A DNA stretch of 64,000 bases from assembly GCA_965261885.1 (NCBI GenBank), contig CBDHDY010000005.1, forward strand, positions 7,350-71,349, written 5' to 3'. The translations under genes were made by a program, and so were the position numbers. How positions within the stretch are numbered: position 1 is the stretch's first letter; each line of letters begins with the position of its first letter. Positions 18,731 to 27,605 of the stretch are shown here, piece by piece. The DNA is from Dehalococcoidia bacterium (lineage in GTDB: Bacteria > Chloroflexota > Dehalococcoidia > Lucifugimonadales > UBA3495). The notes under the pieces were generated by a model. The model was not told the DNA's origin, did not search any database, and saw nothing but the letters and a program-made list of their open reading frames with translations.

Positions 18731-20395
18731 ATGATGACTTATGAGTTCGATCTCGGTTCATACAATCGGCCGATCACTACATCTTCGCCGGAGGCCCAGC
18801 TCTGGTTTGATCGGGGTCTGCTCTGGACCTACGGATTCAACCATGAAGAGGCCGTGTTCTGCTTCAAGCAGGCTGCGGAAGCCGATCCGGAGTGTGCCAT
18901 GGCGAATTGGGGTGTCGCTTACGCTCTCGGCCCCAACTACAACAAGCCGTGGGAAGCGTTTGATGAAGCGGAAACATCGAAGACTCTCTCCGAGGCCCAT
19001 CACTCGACGATGCGCGCCGCGGCGCTGGCGGCCCGCTGTACCCAGGCGGAAAAGGACTTGATTGGGGCGCTTCAGCAGCGCTATCAGTCTGCGGATATGC
19101 CTCCGAACTTGGCGGCATGGGTCGAAGACTTTGCCGCCGCCATGCGAGCTGTCTACCTGGACCACCGAGACGATGCGGATATCTCGGCTCTATTTGCGGA
19201 AGCGGTGATGAACCGCACCCCCTGGGCGCTCTGGGATCTGGCATCCGGCAAGGCGGCAGCGGGCGCTGACACGGAGGAAGCCAGGCAGGTGCTCGAACGA
19301 GGCATGGAACTCCTCGCGCACATGGGCGCCCCGCCACATCCGGGATTGCTGCACATGTACATCCACCTGATGGAAATGTCGCCCTTCCCGGAACAAGCTC
19401 TGCAAGCCTGTGAACAGTTGCGAGGCTTGGTGCCTGACTCCGGGCATCTACAGCACATGGCAACCCATATTGACGTGTTGTGCGGCGATTATCAGAGCGT
19501 GGTGAATTGGAATGAAGAAGCGATTCTGGCCGACCGCCGGTATCTGGCAGCAAGAGGGCCGTTCAATTTCTATACGTTATACCGCTGCCACAATTATCAC
19601 TTTAAGGTGTACGGAGCCATGTTCCTGGGCCAATACCAGTCGGCGATCGAGGCAGCCGAGGAGTTGATCGCCGCCCTCCCCGAGGATCTATTGAGTGTGC
19701 AGTCGCCCCCCATGGCAGACTGGCTGGAAGGGCTGCTGCCTGTCAAACAGCACGTATTGGTGCGGTTCGGGAAATGGCAGGAAATCCTGTTGCAGGAACT
19801 ACCTGCGAATCCCGAACTGTATTGTGTGACCAGTGCGACCATGCGGTATGCCAGGGCCGTCGCCTTCGCAACACTCGGGTATTCGGAGTCGGCGTCGGCC
19901 GAGGCGGAGGCGTTCGAGCGGGACTTTGCCCGTGTGCCGGACAGCCGGTACCTGTTTAACAACTCCTGCCGCGATATCCTGACGGTCGCGCGGGAGATGA
20001 TGCTCGGTGAGCTCGATTACCGGCGGGGTTACATTGAATCGGGCTTCGCCCATTTGCGTCAGGCAGTCGCCTATGAAGACAACCTGCCCTATGACGAGCC
20101 GTGGGGATGGATGCAGCCCGTCCGGCACGCCCTCGGCGCCCTCCTGCTGGAACAGGGCCGGGTGGAAGAAGCCCTGGCCGAGTATCGGGCGGACCTTGGA
20201 TTCGACTCGGTGCTCAAACGGTCAAGTCAGCACCCCGACAATGTCTGGAGTCTGAGCGGCTATCACGAATGCCTGGAGCGAACTGGACAGCACGAATTGG
20301 CGGCGGTCGCGAGGCAAAGGCTCGCCCTGGCCCGGGCGCGCGCCGACCTGCCGGTGCATGCGTCCTGTTTCTGTCGGCTCCCGAGTCCAGGCTGA
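18731..20395 (+). CDS. TPR-like repeat protein of unknown function
   Basis: 555 aa from MMTYEFDLGSY. It is helical-repeat rich (WFDRGLLWTYGFNHEEAVFCFKQAAEADPECAMANWGVAYALGPNYN). The track start at 18605 is probably too early. Confidence 0.6.
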   Translation: MMTYEFDLGSYNRPITTSSPEAQLWFDRGLLWTYGFNHEEAVFCFKQAAEADPECAMANWGVAYALGPNYNKPWEAFDEAETSKTLSEAHHSTMRAAALAARCTQAEKDLIGALQQRYQSADMPPNLAAWVEDFAAAMRAVYLDHRDDADISALFAEAVMNRTPWALWDLASGKAAAGADTEEARQVLERGMELLAHMGAPPHPGLLHMYIHLMEMSPFPEQALQACEQLRGLVPDSGHLQHMATHIDVLCGDYQSVVNWNEEAILADRRYLAARGPFNFYTLYRCHNYHFKVYGAMFLGQYQSAIEAAEELIAALPEDLLSVQSPPMADWLEGLLPVKQHVLVRFGKWQEILLQELPANPELYCVTSATMRYARAVAFATLGYSESASAEAEAFERDFARVPDSRYLFNNSCRDILTVAREMMLGELDYRRGYIESGFAHLRQAVAYEDNLPYDEPWGWMQPVRHALGALLLEQGRVEEALAEYRADLGFDSVLKRSSQHPDNVWSLSGYHECLERTGQHELAAVARQRLALARARADLPVHASCFCRLPSPG

Positions 20396-20809
20396 GTGCG
20401 GCGCAGAATGAGTCGCTAGGCCTACCGGTGCCCTTGACAGAATTAACAGACTGGGAGTCAGACCCTGAGACGCAGTGGCAGAAAGTCTTGCACTAGCGAC
20501 CGAAGAACCAGGGAGAGAGTCGACCAGGCACACAGATCAGTCCCTGGATTGAAAGGCCACTCTGCGCTTTCAGGACGCACAACAGAAAGAGACGAGGCAC
20601 TTGGCCATTATTGCATCGGCGCAGTGCATGAAGTAAGCGGCCGCGACCCAGCCCCAGTTCCTGCATCTTCGTCTCCACATTCCCTGTCCCTCTACTCCAA
20701 GATTCCGGGAATCATGACACCTTTTCCGTCGCCCCCTCTCAAGGCTGTCTGTCAGAACTACCGCCAGTTGTGTTTGAGGGGACTCAGGCAAGAACCACCG
20801 CCCTTACGT

Positions 20810-20845
20810 TTACGTCCGGCGGTCAGAGGACCGGTTGTGCGAACC
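20810..20845. repeat. 36-bp dispersed repeat, copy 1
   Basis: TTACGTCCGGCGGTCAGAGGACCGGTTGTGCGAACC matches 31580-31615 at 34/36. It contains a CGGTC-AGAG-GACCG hairpin. Confidence 0.75.
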
Positions 20846-21080
20846 TCGGTTTCCACGTATGGGCCACGGAAGGTAAAAGCGTGGTGTTCTTGGTGGCGTT
20901 GGGGTAGCGAGCCAGGCGTAGGCTAGTCACCATCGACACCCGTCGGCTGAGGCAACAGCCCAACTTGTAAAGGGCAAGCCACTTAAGGAACTTGACCATC
21001 GCCGAGGAGTTGCCATACTTGGAGAGAGAACACACCTCCCAGAGACCAAGCGAGTAAATTTCAGAGGTAGAGATTATCAA
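20823..21080 (-). pseudogene. possible C-terminal remnant of a DDE (IS4/IS5-like) transposase
   Basis: 85-aa ORF. EIYSLGLWEVCSLSKY...FLKWL weakly resembles the Y..RW.IE..F..LK region of DDE_Tnp_1 transposases. It sits in an AT-richer, non-coding-looking stretch. Confidence 0.25.
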
Positions 21081-21773
21081 GGTCCCAAAACCGTCAACCT
21101 AGAAACCGAAGTCGAGGAGTGCTTTGCATGAGAGTGTATTGGCGAAGAGTAAAAAGGGGAGAGAACCTGATTCTCAGTGACGAAAACGACGGCCATGAAG
21201 AGGAGCTTGGAGGGTTCCGAGACACCAAACGGGGCATCGACGCGTCGGCGAAGACTTTTAGCTACGACCCGAGCCGCTCCCAAAAGGGGTTCTCATCTAT
21301 CGAAGAAGCCAAGGATTTCGTGGAGTCCTTCAGACCTTGGGAGCTATTCGGTGCCCAGGACGTTACTGTCGACCCTGGGGTTAGGCCCGCCCTAGGTTCG
21401 GCCACAACAGACACAGCGGGCACGCCAGACCAGCCGGAGTAGTTGATGGTGGCGGACCTGCGATCAACGAGAAGATGGTGGCAGTTCTGGAAGATGAGTT
21501 AGACGCTCCATGACCCTCCCGCCAGAGACCCGCGCCAGTAGATGCCACTTGGCTTTGGTTTAGTTTCCCATGCTCGCGCGGGCAGATATTTAGCTGTTCC
21601 AATCGCCAAAGGGACTTCCGTTTGATGGGGGGCCGCGGCAACTCTCCGGAACCGTTAACCCAAGAATCAGATGGTTTTTGCTATCAAAGTTGGGGAAAGG
21701 GAGTGACGAATATAGTGGAACGAAAGCCTGGGACGTTTTAATCCATGTCGCATTACAAAAAGGAGAGGTAGCC

Positions 21774-22096
21774 ATGTAGGTCATCAGAAGAATCGCCAGA
21801 GCGCAGCCGGGGAGGGTATGGCAGGTTGCCAACCTGCTGATCAAAATATGCGCCGTCTACGAGGAGAATGGCCGGCCCAAGGCACAAGTGTATGTGTCCC
21901 AGAGCCTGCCGGGAACTCCCAACGTGGCCTATGCTGAGTGGTTCCAGGCGACCATTGAGCCCAACTGGCGCCTTCCCAGGCCCTCGAGGTGGTACGGACT
22001 CTGAACGCCGAGATGCAGGCCCAGCCCGACTCCTACGAGATCGAGTTCTACGAGTTGGTCACACCGGAGAAGCTAGCCGAGAGGGGGGTCTCATAA
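21774..22096 (+). pseudogene. decayed small alpha/beta-barrel-like gene (stop at codon 2 plus a frameshift)
   Basis: AGGAGAGG SD, then ATG TAG GTC ATC: M*VIRRIARAQPGRVWQVANLLIKICAVYEENGRPKAQVYVSQSLPGTPNVAYAEWFQATIEPNW. After a shift it continues APSQALEVVRTLNAEMQAQPDSYEIEFYELVTPEKLAERGVS*. Confidence 0.55.
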
Positions 22097-22125
22097 AAGA
22101 CCTACGAAAGAAGGCCCCTGTAAGC

Positions 22126-22243
22126 TAGTAGTCTGAAATCTTTGTAATGATGGGTTGATTGGTAGGGTGCCGTTGCCCGGACATACTGCGAGCATGCAAA
22201 CAGTTGCCGAGCAACCCGCCACTTCAAGGATGTTCGGCTACTA
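22126..22243. mobile_element. 118-bp MITE with IS630-type termini (family 1)
   Basis: TA-GTAGTCTGAAATCTTTGTAATGATGGG...CTTCAAGGATGTTCGGCTAC-TA. The ends match the TIRs of the IS630 copies (GTAGTCCGTCAG... / ...CAACGATGTCCGGCTAC). Confidence 0.7.
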
Positions 22244-22447
22244 AACCAAAGCAACGGTGAAATGCGCATTTGAAGAGTACCTGGCCACGTGGGCGGACTG
22301 ACTTCACCGTGCGGACGGGAGAGCTTTACTTGGCAGCGCTGACTTGCTCTCGGCATTTTAGGAGTGTAGATCCCACCGTGGCTTTAGTTTAGTCTGCTTG
22401 GCGCGATTGGCCGAGGCCCGCGATGGAGGTTCTTCCTCTTATTTGAC

Positions 22448-22747
22448 TTGGAGCATTTGCTCATCTGCTACGAGTTCCTGCGGGTGAGTATGCACCCCAG
22501 AGCCTTCAAGTCTCCTTTGGCACCGGGAAAGGCATGGCAGTCCCTGAACGAATTGCTTGATGCGCCTGGATTTAGTTTTCGGCGCCCCACAGAAAACCAC
22601 CGAGCGGTTTTAGCGCAAACATTGGTGGAGTTGCCGGAAATCCGTGGCAACATAATGCACTACCTTCACTCGGCGGTGCTGATGCGGGAGAACAGCATCG
22701 ATCGCATCAGCACCCTCGACGCGACTTCCAGCGCTTCCCCTTACTGA
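22448..22747 (+). pseudogene. N-terminally truncated, degenerate VapC-like PIN toxin
   Basis: FLRVSMHPRAFKSPL...LLDAPGFSFRRPTENHRAVLAQTLVELPEIRGNIMHYLHSAVLMRENSIDRISTLD aligns to the FLRI.TNPRIF...RGNLV.DAHLAALA...T.DRDF pattern. The conserved Asp positions are lost and the N-terminal PIN strand is missing. Confidence 0.4.
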
Positions 22748-22782
22748 CCGTCGGCGACGCCTCGGCTAGCGGCGCGACGCCC

Positions 22783-23532
22783 CTACTGCGCCACCCAGCC
22801 GCCGTCGATCACCAGCTCGCTGCCCGTCATGAACGACGACTCGTCCGACGCCAGATACAGCACGCCGTACGCCACGTCGATGGCCTCGCCGTACCGCCCC
22901 AGCGGTATCCGCGACTCCATCAGCGTCTGCACCGCAGGGTCCGACCGCCGTCCCTCCGTCATCGGCGTAACAATCGGCCCCGGATGCACCGAGTTGCACC
23001 GTATGCCGTCCGCTGCGTATTGCAGCGCCGTCGATTTGGTCAGGAGCCGCACCGCGCCCTTGGACGCGATGTACTGCGGGCTGGACTCGCTCATCGCCAC
23101 GATGCCCAGCTGCGACGAGATGTTGATGATCGACCCGCCGCCCGCCCGCTGCATCGCCGGAATGGCCTCTCGAGTGCCCAGGAACACGCCCTTGGCGTTG
23201 ATCTCCATCACCCGGTCCCACTCCTCAACGGTCGTGTCCTCGATGCCGCCCACGGCGCTGACCCCGGCGTTGTTGACCAGGATGTCCAGCCGCTTGTAGA
23301 CCTCCTCTGCCATGGACACCGCCCGGCGCCAGTCCTCCTCCTTGGTGACGTCCAGCCGCACGAAAATCGCCTGCCCGCCGGGAATCTGCGCGGCCACTTC
23401 CCGTCCCTCCTCCAGCACGTCCCCGATCACCACCTTGGCCCCCTCCCGGGCGAATAGCAGCGCCTCCTCCGCGCCCATACCGCGGGCGCCGCCACTGATG
23501 AGAGCAACCTTTCCTTCCAAACGCATGGCCAA
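22783..23532 (-). CDS. SDR-family oxidoreductase
   Basis: GKVALISGGARGMG (TGxxxGxG), NNAG and the catalytic S...YIASK match classical SDRs. Confidence 0.88.
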   Translation of the reverse strand: MAMRLEGKVALISGGARGMGAEEALLFAREGAKVVIGDVLEEGREVAAQIPGGQAIFVRLDVTKEEDWRRAVSMAEEVYKRLDILVNNAGVSAVGGIEDTTVEEWDRVMEINAKGVFLGTREAIPAMQRAGGGSIINISSQLGIVAMSESSPQYIASKGAVRLLTKSTALQYAADGIRCNSVHPGPIVTPMTEGRRSDPAVQTLMESRIPLGRYGEAIDVAYGVLYLASDESSFMTGSELVIDGGWVAQ

Positions 23533-23719
23533 CCTCCTGTCATCCCTTCACTATATTATGGGAGGCCGTAATTTTGGATGCCAAACATTCAATTCCCTCC
23601 CCATTAGGAGAAGTTGTATTCCTGCTCTTTGAGTGCCCACCTGAGAGAGCAAAGAGAGACGGTCCGAGTAGAATCTATCCATTCAGCAACGTTGCGAAGC
23701 ATTGGGACTTAGCAGGCCA

Positions 23720-24082
23720 TCACTCTCCATAGACTCTGATAATATTGCTGAGATGAGCGTCATTCGCAGGCTTACCACCGCAAAGTAACTCAATATCTTG
23801 CCGCAATCTAATCATGGATGATTGCCAAGGTTCCTTTGCTGCCGACCAAAAGCACTGATTGCCTATCAGAATCCTATCAACTTCCTCTCGTATCCTGGAA
23901 GCCTTTGCCTCTAACATCCGCTGCAAAATGCCAGCTTCGCATTTTGGGCAAACATTCACAATCGAACCCTTACGTACTTGTTTCTTGTAGCGGAAGTACC
24001 CCTTAGGGTAGTCCACCATAGAAAACACAGTTCCACAAGAACAATAACGAGGTGTGGTATCGACCTGACTCTTATTCGGCAT
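23720..24082 (-). CDS. hypothetical Cys-rich (zinc-ribbon-like) protein
   Basis: AT-richer ORF. CSCG...CPKC suggests a zinc ribbon. I recognise no family. The start is taken at MPNKSQV; the track start is 24109. Confidence 0.35.
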   Translation of the reverse strand: MPNKSQVDTTPRYCSCGTVFSMVDYPKGYFRYKKQVRKGSIVNVCPKCEAGILQRMLEAKASRIREEVDRILIGNQCFWSAAKEPWQSSMIRLRQDIELLCGGKPANDAHLSNIIRVYGE

Positions 24083-24169
24083 GTTCTGTCCCGCAGTTCG
24101 CGTTCGCATTGAAAGGTAACTTATGCGGCAACCGTAACGGACGGAGTAGTACGATGATGGGGCGCCGAC

Positions 24170-24991
24170 CTAATACCGCGTCTGCTGGTTCATCGGCGTG
24201 TACGTCCCCGGATGTACCGCACACAGCCCGGCGTCCACCGGCAGCACGATCCCCGTGATCCACCGCGCCTCGTCGCTGGCCAGGAACAGCGCGGCGTAGC
24301 CAATGTCCCAGCCGGTGCCCTCCACATGCATGGGCGCCGAGTTGCGGCGGTACTGCCGCAGGTCGTCGTCCATCCGCGGCGCCACCATGGGCGTGTACAC
24401 CAGCCCCGGCGCGATGGCATTCACCCGGATGTTGTCCTGTGCGTGGTCGGCGGCCATTGAGATGGTCAGGCCGATGACGCCGGCCTTGGAGGCCGTGTAG
24501 GGCGTGCTCATGTGGGCCCGCAGACCGGCGATGGACGAGATGTTGATGATGGCGCCGCCGCCTGTCTGCATCATGCGGGGGATGACCGCCTTGGCCGCCA
24601 GCACCATGGTCTTGAGGTTGACTGTCATCACCCGGTCCCAGTCGGCCTCGCTGACCTCCACCACCGTCCCGCGCTGCGAGATCCCCACGTTGTTGTCGAG
24701 GATGTCCACCCGCCCGTACCGGTCGATGGCCGCCTGCGCCATGCGTTCGCAGTCGTCCAGCTTGGTCATGTCGCCCTCGAAGGTCGACGCTTCGCCGCCC
24801 TCCGACTGGATAATCTCCAGCGTTTCCTGGGCACGGGACTCCATCTGGTCCACCAGCAGCACCCTTGCGCCCTCGCGGGCCATCAGTATCGCCGCCGCTT
24901 TCCCGTTGCCGATCCCCTCGCCGCTGGACCCGGCCCCGGTAATGATCGCCACCTTGCCCTCAAGCCTCGGAGCACGCTCTGCCATAGCCAT
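24170..24991 (-). CDS. SDR-family oxidoreductase
   Basis: GKVAIITGAGSSGEGIG, NNVG and S...YTASK match SDRs. The start is MAMAERAP with GGAG upstream; the track start is 25045. Confidence 0.85.
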   Translation of the reverse strand: MAMAERAPRLEGKVAIITGAGSSGEGIGNGKAAAILMAREGARVLLVDQMESRAQETLEIIQSEGGEASTFEGDMTKLDDCERMAQAAIDRYGRVDILDNNVGISQRGTVVEVSEADWDRVMTVNLKTMVLAAKAVIPRMMQTGGGAIINISSIAGLRAHMSTPYTASKAGVIGLTISMAADHAQDNIRVNAIAPGLVYTPMVAPRMDDDLRQYRRNSAPMHVEGTGWDIGYAALFLASDEARWITGIVLPVDAGLCAVHPGTYTPMNQQTRY

Positions 24992-25259
24992 AAACTCCTG
25001 TCCAAATTGACACTGCAATAGCGCCGCCAACCACACCCAACGCAAGGGCTACAATCCGCCAAACCCCAACGCCTTGTCAAGGGCGGGTCCACCCTCGTCG
25101 ATCGACCTGCAAGACCAGGCCTTAATAAGGTAGGTGGTGAATGTCGACAAGCCCTTTACCACTGCGGCAGAGCCGCTTTGAGACATCCTGAACTAGCCGG
25201 AGAGGCTAGGACTTTGCCACTACGCCCTACCATATGGTGTAGGCTTCAGAATTTCATCC

Positions 25260-26492
25260 TAGTAGTCCGTCAGTGTAGTATTGAGGGGTATAGGGACTTC
25301 AGTTTGATGCGTGCATCTGCGGTGGTGAAGCGCCAGTCCACTCGTACGGCGTCCTGGTTGCGCTGGGTCTGCCACGCTGCTGCCTCCCTCCGCAGGACGC
25401 TCCGGTCCGGGATGCGGCGGTCGAGGCATTGCCGGGCCATCACGCCGATCTCGATCTCTGCCATGTTCAGCCAACTGCCGTGCTTGGGTGTGTAGTGTAT
25501 CTCCAGCCGCTCCGCGATGCGCCGCGCCTCCGCTGGCTCAAAGGCCTCGTACAGTGATGACGGATGATGCGTGTTCAGGTTGTCCATCACCAGCACTATC
25601 CGCTCCTTGTCAGCGTAGTCCTCGTCCACCAGTTTCCGCACCACCTCAGCCCAATCGGTCCGGGTCCGGCGCTCTGTGACCTCCACCCGCCGCCATCCCT
25701 CCAAGGGGGCGAACAGCATAAATAGGTTGCTCACACCGTTGCGCTCGTATTCATAGTCGTAAGAACCTGCCGCTCCGGGGCGAGGCGGACGGCCCAGCCG
25801 GGTCTCCTTGACCTGCTGTTTACTGGTCTCGTCCAAGCACACCAGGACCTCGTTCTCCCGGTACTGGCGATGGTAGACCTCCAGCACGTCCTCCATGGCG
25901 CAGACAAACTCCGCACTGCCCTTCGGCGGGATGCACCAGCATTCTTTCAACCAAGGCTTGAGTTCGTTTTTTTCAGGGTCTGGCGCACCGTTTCGGTGCT
26001 GATGCTGTCCACTATCTCGCATTCAACCAACTGGTCCGCCAGCAGTTGCAGGGTCCAGCCGGCACGGCCCTCCGGCGGTTGGGAACAGGTCAAGGCAATC
26101 AGGTGAGCCTCCCCTTCACCATCCAGTTTCCTCCGACGCCGGTTGAGCTGTTGCCTGCGCCCCAAGGCTGCTTCCAGACCCTCCTCCACGCAACGGCGGC
26201 GCACCCGCTCCACCGTGGCGGTGCCCACCTTCAGGGCCCGGGCGATCTCCTCGTCCTTCATGCCGCCATCAGGCTGATTCTCGTCGCAAAGCAACAGGAT
26301 GCGGGCGTGAGTTTGTTTATAGGCCGCCGCCCGCCCTCTGGACACCAACGCCATTAGCTCCTTTTGCTCCTCCTCCGCCAGCCGTACTCTGTACCTCTTC
26401 ACCATCATCCACACCCCACGTCCCAAACTCCCTCTTGGCTGCTGGCATTATGGTATCCCACCACCCATCAGTTCAACGATGTCCGACTACTA
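25260..26492 (-). mobile_element. IS630-family insertion sequence, copy A
   Basis: Flanked by TA (25260-61 and 26491-92) within CTAG. TIRs are GTAGTCCGTCAGTG... / ...CGATGTCCGACTAC. It carries a two-ORF transposase. Confidence 0.9.
25270..26426 (-). CDS. IS630 transposase, orfA-orfB joined by a -1 shift at the A7 run
   Basis: orfA is an HTH protein (KRYRVRLAEEEQKEL...). orfB has DETSKQQ...DNLNTH...[16 protein letters not shown] (DDE). The slippery run is A AAA AAA C (plus-strand T7 at 25967-25973), and a -1 shift gives ...TLKKNELKPWLK. Confidence 0.85.
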
Positions 26493-26506
26493 GGGAGGGG
26501 TTTGTT

Positions 26507-26693
26507 ATGGAAGCAGTTGTTTACCAGGCCCCTTTCGGTATCGCCGCGGAAAATGTGCCAGACCCGGAGCTGCAACACCCCAACGATGGCATTGTGATGA
26601 TCACTTCCTCATTGTATCTGTGGCTCAGACTTGCACATTTACGAGGGGCGGACGGCAACGCTGCCCAGCAACGCGTCCAGGCCGAGGAGGTAA
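26507..26693 (+). pseudogene. N-terminal fragment of a Zn-dependent alcohol dehydrogenase (MDR), frameshifted and truncated
   Basis: GGGAGGGG SD plus MEAVVYQAPFGIAAENVPDPELQHPNDGIVMITSS. After a shift it reads CICGSDLHIYEGRTATLP, and homology then ends. It abuts the right end of IS630-A. Confidence 0.65.
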
Positions 26694-26780
26694 ACCGGCC
26701 AAACTAATTGACGCCAACCGGAAAATATAGTTGACGCGGGACAAAGGGGGCCGGTCCGCAAAGCCGAAGGGGCCGCAGAC

Positions 26781-26984
26781 TCAATTTGATGGCCACTTCC
26801 GTAGGAATCTGGTCACATAGTCCACGTCGACTGCTGGCATTTCCATACCGATTTCCGACAATGCTTCGGAGAACCGGCTGATGTCGTAGACGCTGGTGTC
26901 GGACAGGTACGGCTCAACTGATTCCAGGGACCGGATCAGAACTTTCAACTCCATGTCATCATCCCGGTCGGCCATCATTCCCAA
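26781..26984 (-). CDS. hypothetical small acidic protein
   Basis: 67-aa ORF, MGMMADRDDDMELKVLIRSLESVEPYLSDTSVYDISRF... It matches no family I recognise. Its upstream region runs into the 105-bp repeat. Confidence 0.3.
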   Translation of the reverse strand: MGMMADRDDDMELKVLIRSLESVEPYLSDTSVYDISRFSEALSEIGMEMPAVDVDYVTRFLRKWPSN

Positions 26985-27007
26985 TCTTGATTTCCAGTCC
27001 CCAATCG

Positions 27008-27111
27008 AGCGCTGACCCGGAATAGGTGGAGCAGTGCCGGCGGATGGCCGAGAAGGGCTCTGGGCTGCGCCACATGGCAGGGTGATGACCTGCTTTCCGG
27101 CGGCGGTGTGG
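27008..27111. repeat. 105-bp dispersed repeat, copy 2
   Basis: Matches 17360-17464 (about 93% identity by eye), in the same orientation. Confidence 0.8.
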
Positions 27112-27605
27112 ATGGCACTGGCCGCTGTTCAGGACAACAAAGCACCCTGATCCGTCTGTCTTTGAGATTGGTGGAGGTGGGCGGCGATGGCCGGGCAAGT
27201 GCGGTCGTTCAGCACCTGACTCCCAAATCACTACGTGCTAGAATCTGTGTCAACACTGCAGATTGTCTGACCTCGTTCGCTGTCATTGTCCAGCGATCCT
27301 GTCAGACCCAATTGGTCAGCAACCCTGTCAGCCGGCGCAGTTGCCGTTAAACCCCTCCAGAGACTCCCGGCATCCTGGCACAGATGATTTCGGGCCAGGG
27401 ATATAACGTCCTAAGGAGGGAAGTGAACGAAACTCAATCACACATAACCGAACGTCCAATCCCCTTCCCCGCAGAGGCGTTGGGGATTTCCGCCACATCG
27501 GCCACGTGCTGGCGCAATCCAGCCCAAAGGCCGCCTGAGTCTTATGCAACGAACTGAGAGCCATCCTGGCGGATCAACCAGCAGTCTATCCGCCGCGAGC
27601 AGGTC

